From contig CBDHHL010000032.1 of assembly GCA_965263355.1 (NCBI GenBank), positions 448,001 through 512,000 on the forward strand: a DNA stretch of 64,000 bases, written 5' to 3'. The stretch is from Leptolyngbyaceae cyanobacterium (lineage in GTDB: Bacteria > Cyanobacteriota > Cyanobacteriia > Phormidesmidales > Phormidesmidaceae). Position 1 is the stretch's first letter. Each line of letters starts with the position of its first letter. The position numbers and the translations under genes were made by a program. Under the pieces are notes generated by a model. It was not told the DNA's origin. It made no database searches and saw only the letters and a program-made list of their open reading frames with translations. This document shows positions 42,156 through 50,486 of this stretch, in pieces.

Positions 42156-43263
42156 GACTCTTCCCCGCAGCAACTTTTTGGAACTTTAATGCCAGCCACT
42201 TTGCCCCACCATAACAGTCACAGAACCGTAACTGATCGATGTCTGCTTCTATCTCTAGATTGGCGGCGACTTCGTCCTGCAAATCTTCCAACCAGTTAAC
42301 GGTACAAAAGGTAGAGCGCTCTTCAAAGTATTCTTCTAACTCGTCCTCTAACTGGCTGGCTGTTCCACCACTAATCAGAACTTCATAGTTAGGCACACTA
42401 ACTGACGCTAGCCATTCATTCAGGCGATATTTCACTAGCTCCCAATAGTAGGCGGTGGCTTTTTCCTTACGGTCTGCTAGGGGATACGCTTTTTTAGGAC
42501 GATTGGGAAAGACGACTCGAGCTGAATTGTTGATCAAGGCATCATAGAGAAATGGATCGTCTGAATTGCAAGGCAGATCTTGGGCAACGGCTTTTAACAG
42601 TTGCTGATAGCCAAGGCGTTCAGTACTACTGGGTTCTCCCTGGGGCGGACGGCCACCGTTAAATAGCAAAAAACTCAGATCTCTATGGCCAAACATCAGC
42701 ACGACAAAGGTCTGTTTAGAGCGTTCTTTTTGTTGCGATCGCTGCACCTTGCGCCACTGTACTAAACCCGCCGCCTCAGGTAACACTTTCACATGGCCAA
42801 AGTCTAGAAAAATATCCCGACCGCGATAGGTAAACATCTTATGGCCCAGAATTTCATTGGTAAGGGCCTTATAGTCCGTCAGGTATTCATTAAACGGGAG
42901 GGCAATACCCACATCCAATGTCAGCCGTTCCAAATCATGCTGATGGGCAAACTCACCAATCACCCCCAGTGCCCGAATATGGGCCAGAGCACTTTTGGGT
43001 AAACTGCTGGTGGCCTTATTAGGGCGACCTTGAGCGTCGATACCCAAGGCGTAAGCCGGGGTCTCTGGATCGAGCTGTAGATAGCCGACTGATTCTAGGC
43101 CAGAGCCTATTTGTTCACCCTGCGCTTCAATAATGGCTAGCTCAGAAGGGGGCATATCCGCCACTAGAGGAGGGCACTGATAGGCATAGAACCGTTCGCC
43201 GTTATTAAGGACGGCCTTTGTGCCAGAGCTACCTAAATCGATAAAACATTGATATTTGGCCAT
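42148..43263 (-). CDS. ParM/StbA-family actin-like ATPase
   Basis: IDLGSSGTK phosphate-1, ALPFNEY, LPEAAG connect-1, MFGHRD, SGGT adenosine motif. Confidence 0.85.
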   Translation of the reverse strand: MAKYQCFIDLGSSGTKAVLNNGERFYAYQCPPLVADMPPSELAIIEAQGEQIGSGLESVGYLQLDPETPAYALGIDAQGRPNKATSSLPKSALAHIRALGVIGEFAHQHDLERLTLDVGIALPFNEYLTDYKALTNEILGHKMFTYRGRDIFLDFGHVKVLPEAAGLVQWRKVQRSQQKERSKQTFVVLMFGHRDLSFLLFNGGRPPQGEPSSTERLGYQQLLKAVAQDLPCNSDDPFLYDALINNSARVVFPNRPKKAYPLADRKEKATAYYWELVKYRLNEWLASVSVPNYEVLISGGTASQLEDELEEYFEERSTFCTVNWLEDLQDEVAANLEIEADIDQLRFCDCYGGAKWLALKFQKVAAGKSHG

Positions 43264-43741
43264 GGGGATATGGGCAGAAACTTGCCAGGTAGTACGTTAG
43301 TACGCTTATTCTAGTGAATATATTTTAGTTCAACAGTGGCTGGCAATATATGGCAAACGATACGTTTGTTGGTAGCTTTCCCAAGCATGCCTACATATCG
43401 TTAATGGCCAGCAAAACCAAGTGAAACACTAACAGGAATTGACTAGATCCAGACAATTATAGATTCAGACACTACATATAGCGCTTGATTTGATATTGGA
43501 CTACTAAAGGGCACTATGATAACGTCCAAACGTAGTTTTGTGAAGTAATTTTTTGTGTAGTCGTCATCTAAGTGGATTAAGTGGAGTCAAATTCAGTTGG
43601 CTGAACGTAGTCGAAGCCAGCTGCTTTTCTGCTTTATGTTAGGTAGTAGCCCCTAAGCGGTGAGTTGTAATGGATCCGACTGCATAACAGACGCTTTTAG
43701 CAAAATGGCATGACCTATCAGCGGATCGACAGCAGGCCGTA

Positions 43742-44210
43742 TTGGATTTTGTGGAGATGCTCCACCAGCAGCAGTTTGTGAAAGCGATGCCCCAACCAAT
43801 GGCCCAGGCAAGTGCTCGTAAAACCGTGTCTGTACCAGAGTCTGAACGTCAGCGCATAATTGCCAGAGTCCAAGAGGCCTGGGCGCTGCGCCCCCAGATA
43901 CTAGAGCGGATGAAGATCAGGCAGGCGCAAAAATAGGAAGCAGCTCGTAAAACGGCTGAGGGATTGAAAAAGGATTTTGGTGTAACGCGCGTGGTATTGT
44001 TTGGCTCATTGCTGGACCACACACAGATGCATGATCGGTCGGATATTGACTTGGCAGTATGGAACTTACCCAATAATCAGTTATTTCAGGCGATGGCGGC
44101 AGTTAACTACATCCTTAGCCCCTATGATTTCCCACCGATTGATTTAGTCCCGATTGAGAAGGCTTATCCATTATTCGGCAGGTCATTGAGCTGGAAGGAG
44201 TAGAAATGTG
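43742..44210 (+). pseudogene. MNT (minimal nucleotidyltransferase) antitoxin pseudogene
   Basis: LFGS...SDIDLAV...IDLV motifs; in-frame TAG at 43934-43936 and frameshift near 44170. Confidence 0.8.
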
Positions 44211-44293
44211 AGCTACTGTGCGATGGTTGACCGAATCAGTGAGGCATATCATTTCAGTTCTTTTAGGACACTTGGCGTATCATTAGACTGAGC

Positions 44294-45287
44294 GGTAGTC
44301 CATTTTAGTAAAGGTCAGAGAAAATTAGGGGGTGAGCAGAGTCAATCAATCTCTCCCTAACCAATCGGTTGTACTCGTGGATGAAGGTCCAAATCGCACC
44401 ACTGTGGTTCTCCAGCTTATTCGAGAACGACAGTGGGTATCGCACCAGGCACGATACCCACTGTCGTAGCGTGTTGTTCAACCGCTCAATATAACTGGTT
44501 AATCCGCTATCTTTGTCCACCGCAAAGTGACGATTGCTTGGAATGATCGTTTCGTAAGCGTCCCAATGATCAGTGTAGACCTTGGCACACTGTCGGTAAA
44601 CACCGGGTAAGGATTGCCATAATTGCAGGACCGATGCCCGTGAACGGTCTCCGATATGACATCCCAGAATTTCTCTAAGTAGGTAGGCAAAATAACTTAC
44701 ACAAGAACTTTTCAAGGATGACACTTTTGAAAAGGCCCCCAACCCCCAATTCTGGGGGGCTTCGGAACTTAAAGTCCCCCAGAATTGGGGGATTTAGGAG
44801 GCTTCCAGGATTTTGAAATTAATTGTGCTCATCTATTTAGTATCTGCATCCGTCACCGGCCAGACCCACTGCTTATTGTCTTTGTCATCCAACAAACGAC
44901 CACAGTTCGTCTATCTGCACCGTCAGCTTGCCCTTGGGCTTAGGTACTACCGACGCACTTTCTTGGGAACCGTCGCATAGGTAGCGTTAACGTATGCTTG
45001 GAGCCATCGCTCTGAAACCTGGGTGACTCGGGCGATACCAGCCAATGGAATCTTCTCAAGCAGTAGCAAGTCGACCAAGCCAAAGGTGTCTTTATCTTTA
45101 GGTTTCCACTGAGGGTCTTCGACAAACTGTCGCCCTCAGTCCTTGCATTTGTAGTTCTGCTTGGCACGACGAGTCAGACCGTTTTTGATAATGTCATGGG
45201 AGCCGCAAGTCAGACACGTCATTCCCGTTTATTTGAGATCCTTTTGGGATTTTAAAGGCTAAGTCTGATATCTGATGCACCACTTAC
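44294..45287 (-). mobile_element. Degenerate IS1-family element (insA/insB pseudogene)
   Basis: MTCLTCGSHDIIKNG...KQNYKCKD zinc finger; YTDHW..Y, IERLNNTLRQ, LSFS; ends GGTAGTCC / GCACCACTTAC; frameshifts and stops. Confidence 0.85.
44676..44839. mobile_element. ~160 bp MITE inserted in the IS1 insB gene, TA target duplication
   Basis: TA|AGTAGGTAGGCAAAATAA...TTAATTGTGCTCATCTATT|TA; removing it restores DADTREILGCHIG. Confidence 0.8.
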
Positions 45288-45328
45288 AAAAAGTTGTCAC
45301 AATGATAGCAACTGAATTTTACTTAACC

Positions 45329-45649
45329 TCAAGCAGCTAAAACCTTAGACTCAAATTCTTGTTGATCTATAAAAGTTTTAAAGACTCGATCCATTTTTGT
45401 TAGTTCAAAGATGATTTTGACCTGCTCTGTCAGGCCGCAAAGATAAATCTGCTTCCCTTTGGCTCGAACAAGTTTTAGCATAGCGACCATGGCACCAATA
45501 CCAGTACTGTTCATAAATGTCACCTGTTTCATATCTAACAGAAAAATATCAATATCCTGATGTAGTAAGTCACTTACTTGAAGCTTGAGTTCGTTAGTTG
45601 TAGCACCATCTAGAATGCCTGTTGGTTCAAGTTTTTTAAGGTTAGCCAT
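45329..45649 (-). CDS. STAS anti-sigma-factor antagonist
   Basis: GILD, LLDMKQVTFMNSTGIG (conserved Ser), IFELTKMDRVF; AGGAG RBS. Confidence 0.92.
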   Translation of the reverse strand: MANLKKLEPTGILDGATTNELKLQVSDLLHQDIDIFLLDMKQVTFMNSTGIGAMVAMLKLVRAKGKQIYLCGLTEQVKIIFELTKMDRVFKTFIDQQEFESKVLAA

Positions 45650-45803
45650 TGTCGAAAGGATCTCCTAAATTGCGACAGTAATGTACTGAAAGATATTAGG
45701 CTAGAAGCTGGGTGCCTCTGATTGTGGCACTTAGTTGTGTCGTAGGAACTACAAAAATACTTTTGGTGAATTTTGTAGAAAGAACGGCCTCAAAAGTTAT
45801 GGC

Positions 45804-48206
45804 TTAAGAGACTGTCTCGGGTTGCCAATAGGCTGCCCGGATAACAACCCAAAGTAACGCTAAGTGATAGCATCCCCATCCAACATTGACCAGGTATGTT
45901 AAGGGATCTGGCCATTGTCCTAAAATTAGCTGTATTAGTCCCCACAGCATACCTGCAATAGTAAGGGTAAAAACAATTAACTGTATGCGTACAAGCCCCC
46001 AAAACACCCCAGATTTTCGTTGCTTGGGTGTAACCTTAAATGAGACTTTTTTACCAGTCAAAACACTCCAAACAGCCTGAATTTGCAATGGAAAAAGAGC
46101 GATAGCATATTGTTCATTACGCCATATTTCTTGTTTGGGCACTTCCCATGCTGCAGCCAGTAAGTTAAGACGGTTAATCAGATAAGTTGGGGCAAAGTGT
46201 AGTATAAATGCTGGGCCATAACTAGTCACAGGGCTAAGCCCTGTAAAGAATGAAATAATTGGGCAGACTAAAAAGATAATTACAAAAAAGCCTGCAAAAT
46301 AGCTGTACATCGTCTGAAAATACTGAAGCCGTTGCCAGAATGTGAGACCTGACTTGAATAAAGGATTATCTCTGACTAGTACCTGTATGGTTCCTTGAGC
46401 CCAGCGTAATTTTTGGGTTAGCGTGGAACTGAGGTCGTCAGGGGCAAGTCCCTCTGCCAAAACTTCATGGTGATAAACAGATTGCCAGCCAGCTGAATGG
46501 AGGCGCATCGCTGTATTCATGTCTTCTGTAATACTAATGCTTGAGACTCCACCAATTAGATCAAATTCATCCAATCGGCTTTCATCAGCTGCAAAATCAT
46601 CAGCAAAATGCTGCAATCCCATACTCACCAACGCTTCTCGTCGTAAAATTGCATTAGTTCCGGTATAAAAGGCGGCATTCATGCCATCCTTAGCTTGTTG
46701 AATAGGGCCATAGAAAAAATGAGCGTCATGGCCAAAGGGATCACCTTTAGGTAAGTTGTAAAATGCCTGAGGAGTCTGCACAAAGGCAACTTTATTTAAC
46801 TCATAGCGCCCTTGATCCAAATTAAAGTGGAAAAAGTTAGGCAGTACCCGCTGCAAAAATTGCGGCTTAGGAATATGGTCTGCATCTAAAGTAACAATAA
46901 AGTCACCCTGGGTTTCACCACAGAAAATAGCATGGTTAATATTCCCTGCTTTAGCATGGTGAGGACGATCTTTAGGCTTTTTGCGGGCAATGTAGCGACA
47001 ACGAGCTAAATCACTTAAAGCAAAGGTTTTCTTATCAATTTGTGCCTCTAACTTACGAATATTTGCTTCCAGCATTGCAGTTGCAGTAGAGTTTTCTGAC
47101 TGACTGAGTAACAGCAGCTGTCGTAGGCTTTGTATGTGCCCTTGAGTTTGCCAAGATTTCGAGTCTTCTAAGGAATCCTTTGAAACAAATTTCTTAATCA
47201 TTATCAGACAGTTGCGATCATCGGGATCACGGACATATGCCAAATGATCTGCAAGCTGTCTCAAAATGCTGATGCCACGACCACGTTCTGCATCTTGATC
47301 AATTTCATCCGGTAGTGTTTGCAAATGTTTCTCAAAATCAAAGGGAGCACCTCGATCCCAAATTCGTATGATAATTGCGAAGTTAAGAATGACGACTTCT
47401 AAATCGATCGGAGTCTCTGATACCAGATGCTTGTGGGCATGACTGACTACATTATCGAATCCTTCACCTAATAAGGTTTGAGCTGAAAACCAAGCATCGT
47501 CAGGGATTATAGACTGTTTTAGGGTGCTAAACCAATCCATGATTGACTCTAATTCATTAAAATCGGTTTTCACTCGAATTTTTTGACAGCTGAGATTCTT
47601 TTCTACAGTTTCTAAATCCTGTCGTAGATACTGTATTTGCTCTAGACGGCTGCTTAAATAATAGCGTTCAGCCTCTATCTGTTCAGCTGTGAGCTGTAAG
47701 GCAGGTGACTTAAGGTCTAGAAGACAGAGTTGTTCTGCCATAGCTCGCATATCCGGAGAATTTCCATCATCCAGTATATAAATCCGCAGCTTATTGGCAG
47801 GATAGGCCATCTTTAAAGCCGATTCCGCCGTTTCTTTGACAATGTCAACGGGCTCACTATAACAAGTGATAAAAATATCAACAGTTGGATAGTTAGCTTT
47901 CGGTAACGTTGGGGTGAGTTGATCAAGGTTTTTGACCCGACGCTCAATCGGTCGCCATAGCCCAACTAAAAAAAGTACGCCGCCAACGAACATGTATACT
48001 TCAGCTAATACCAGCGGCACTGAAAACCAGAGAGCATCTGTATTGAGGGACTGAGTTAACCGCCACTGCAAATACCATGCACCAACAATTAGATTTACTA
48101 AAACCAAGTAACGAAAAAGTAAGGTGCGATCGCGCAAACGCACTTGGATATTGTTCATCAGTGGTTTCTGATCCAGCTGACTAATAAAGCTACTCATTAT
48201 CAACAA
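45804..48206 (-). CDS. Cellulose-synthase-like processive GT2 with an inserted RsbW-type HATPase domain and no PilZ domain
   Basis: DDG, HAKAGN, DADH, QTPQ, GTN, TED, QKLRW, FKVTPK; insert contains EGFDNVVSHAH, IWDRGAPFD, ERGRG. Confidence 0.9.
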   Translation of the reverse strand: MLIMSSFISQLDQKPLMNNIQVRLRDRTLLFRYLVLVNLIVGAWYLQWRLTQSLNTDALWFSVPLVLAEVYMFVGGVLFLVGLWRPIERRVKNLDQLTPTLPKANYPTVDIFITCYSEPVDIVKETAESALKMAYPANKLRIYILDDGNSPDMRAMAEQLCLLDLKSPALQLTAEQIEAERYYLSSRLEQIQYLRQDLETVEKNLSCQKIRVKTDFNELESIMDWFSTLKQSIIPDDAWFSAQTLLGEGFDNVVSHAHKHLVSETPIDLEVVILNFAIIIRIWDRGAPFDFEKHLQTLPDEIDQDAERGRGISILRQLADHLAYVRDPDDRNCLIMIKKFVSKDSLEDSKSWQTQGHIQSLRQLLLLSQSENSTATAMLEANIRKLEAQIDKKTFALSDLARCRYIARKKPKDRPHHAKAGNINHAIFCGETQGDFIVTLDADHIPKPQFLQRVLPNFFHFNLDQGRYELNKVAFVQTPQAFYNLPKGDPFGHDAHFFYGPIQQAKDGMNAAFYTGTNAILRREALVSMGLQHFADDFAADESRLDEFDLIGGVSSISITEDMNTAMRLHSAGWQSVYHHEVLAEGLAPDDLSSTLTQKLRWAQGTIQVLVRDNPLFKSGLTFWQRLQYFQTMYSYFAGFFVIIFLVCPIISFFTGLSPVTSYGPAFILHFAPTYLINRLNLLAAAWEVPKQEIWRNEQYAIALFPLQIQAVWSVLTGKKVSFKVTPKQRKSGVFWGLVRIQLIVFTLTIAGMLWGLIQLILGQWPDPLTYLVNVGWGCYHLALLWVVIRAAYWQPETVS

Positions 48207-48509
48207 AAAATAATTATGTAAGTGACTCTAGGTTCTCTAAATTAATTGCCTCTATATTTCCATGACTCTCAAGCTCTTGAATCACATTAAGATTGAAAGT
48301 CAATTCCTAGTAATGGCAGCAGTAGACGCCTAAGTTAACAATCATTTGTGGGGCAGTACTAATGAGTTTTCCCGTTAGTCTAAATGGATGAACAATATTA
48401 CTTTATTAACCCCTAGAACCATAATGTTTTATTATCTGATGAGGTTGTAGACATCATTATTAAGCCTTTTACTCAGAAGACTGGTACGCCCCATGAACAT
48501 GGGCAATGC

Positions 48510-50246
48510 TTAACCATTGTCACCGATCAATAAACCAATAAGTCCAATGAGCGAAGCATTATAGTCGATAGCATATTCATTCGTTGCATACGACTTCTCA
48601 TCATCTAAGTAACTCAATATACCTAAGCCTTTTGGAGCAATATTATCTTGAGCATCAGAATTCGGACCTCCAACGACTAGACCAGGAATCAGTAAGCCTT
48701 TAGCACGGGCAAATAGATGGTTTACATGACGTACTGGACGAGCCCCAATACCTGTCACAAAAGTTTGATTAAAAGGATTACGACCTAGTAAGAAATGAAG
48801 CTGATCTAACGCAGCAATTTGGTAACGCTGATCCTGACTAATCTGGTATGCATAGACTAGGGTAATCCCCTCTTCTGCTGCCAGTTTATTAGAGCCCCAG
48901 ATAAAACGATGATTGGCTAAGCGGTAACCGTTATTTTCGACCCTCGCTAGAATCTCATTAGCTCTTTCTAGTAACTTTTTGTCAATGATGGCTTGAAACT
49001 CTCGTGAAATAGGCTGCCGCTGCTGCAATCGGTAATCTACTAACGCTAACGGTGATAAATTTTTCCATTCAAATAAGGTATAGGGGATCTTGGGTAAATA
49101 GAGTTCTACATACTGTTGGTATTTTTTAGCTCCAGTTGAAATATAGAGTTCTGTAGCTGCCCAGAAACGGTCATCAATATCAGTGTTAAGACTCTCTTCT
49201 TGATCAATATCTGAACCCAAGTATTTTCCTGAACCGCTATCATCACTTTCGATCCAATCAACCTGCATAGTAGATTGATTCTCCAAGTATTGCCAGGCTA
49301 GGTTTGCAGCGGTTTGATATTGATTAGCAAGGTTAGAATCAAATGTTTCAAAGACTCGGGCGGCCATGGCCATGACACCAGCAAACTTACCTGTTTCAGG
49401 GGTAGAAATCCCATAGATATAACGAATTTGTCGATCTTCATCAGGTGCTAATCCAATGGGCCATTCTGTTCCAGAAAGTTTTCGATAGACACCCCCATCG
49501 GACCGCTGCATCCTTAACATCCAGTCCAGTCCAAATTTCATTTCATCTAGAATATCGGGAGTGCCGTTACCGCTTTCTGGAATTGTCAATTGTCTATCCC
49601 AAAATAGACTGGGATTTTGTTCATAAAGACTCAGAATACGGGCAATCGTTGTCGCAGTTGTGGCAACATACTTGCCATAATCTCCTGCATCATGCCAGCC
49701 TCCTGTTGCGTCGATTTGATCGCTTGCTTGGTGTAAGTCATCGGCACGAGCTAAGTTGTGATCGTATAAGTGACAAGGAGCGTGGTACAAACCTGTAATA
49801 GGATCGTCTAGAATGACGCCACAACGTTGTAAATAATAAGATCTTAGCAATGATATAAATGTTGCTTGGTATGCATTAGTAGAAATACTAAATGGAGCAG
49901 ACTCTACAGAACCTGCTCGGACTAAGTATTCTCCAGGTTGCCGGAAATCACTCAAGTCAACGGATTGCAAGTTATCTCCACTCAGATGATCAGCCTGTAC
50001 TACAGTAGGTGTATCTAGTTCACTTATCTGTCCATCAGTTAAGCTAACCAACTCCAGAGGGATACTCTTAGGAGCATTGGCTAAAAAGACAACTTTTGGC
50101 CATTGTGGATGATATCCCACTTGGTTTAATAATACTTTCATAGGAGATTTCGGAGACTGAGCTTGCCCTGAAAATTTTGTACTACAAGCAATAATTAGAA
50201 AAATTGCAATGGTTGTTAAAATTAGGAGTTTATAAATACGTTGCAT
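48510..50246 (-). CDS. GH9 endoglucanase with Ig-like domain, putative lipoprotein
   Basis: NQVGY, YYLQRCG, GGWHDAGDYGKY, DD..WA, GRNP, TNEYAIDYNA; IIAC lipobox-like. Confidence 0.92.
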   Translation of the reverse strand: MQRIYKLLILTTIAIFLIIACSTKFSGQAQSPKSPMKVLLNQVGYHPQWPKVVFLANAPKSIPLELVSLTDGQISELDTPTVVQADHLSGDNLQSVDLSDFRQPGEYLVRAGSVESAPFSISTNAYQATFISLLRSYYLQRCGVILDDPITGLYHAPCHLYDHNLARADDLHQASDQIDATGGWHDAGDYGKYVATTATTIARILSLYEQNPSLFWDRQLTIPESGNGTPDILDEMKFGLDWMLRMQRSDGGVYRKLSGTEWPIGLAPDEDRQIRYIYGISTPETGKFAGVMAMAARVFETFDSNLANQYQTAANLAWQYLENQSTMQVDWIESDDSGSGKYLGSDIDQEESLNTDIDDRFWAATELYISTGAKKYQQYVELYLPKIPYTLFEWKNLSPLALVDYRLQQRQPISREFQAIIDKKLLERANEILARVENNGYRLANHRFIWGSNKLAAEEGITLVYAYQISQDQRYQIAALDQLHFLLGRNPFNQTFVTGIGARPVRHVNHLFARAKGLLIPGLVVGGPNSDAQDNIAPKGLGILSYLDDEKSYATNEYAIDYNASLIGLIGLLIGDNG

Positions 50247-50294
50247 AATCTTGGGAGTAAAGTATCGTCCTGAGACGCATTTGACTTGGTAAAT

Positions 50295-50460
50295 CCTGAC
50301 TTTTCCTGCTAAGTCCTATGACCGCCCAATATCAAGGATCTATAATCAGATTTTTCTCAATAAGGTTGATTTATTGAGAATAGCTCACGAGCTGATAGGG
50401 GTTTCACGTAGCGAAAATCGGGCAGATTTTTAGCTCCAAAAGATAACGGGAAAAGTCAGG
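50295..50460. mobile_element. 166 bp MITE with 12 bp TIR and 6 bp target-site duplication
   Basis: GTAAAT|CCTGACTTTTCC...GGAAAAGTCAGG|GTAAAT. Confidence 0.85.
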
Positions 50461-50486
50461 GTAAATCAATACATTTTACTGTGAAT

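Noticed and set aside
43264..43520. parC-like iterons upstream of parM
   Set aside because: Only a TAGTACG doublet was seen, not a convincing array.
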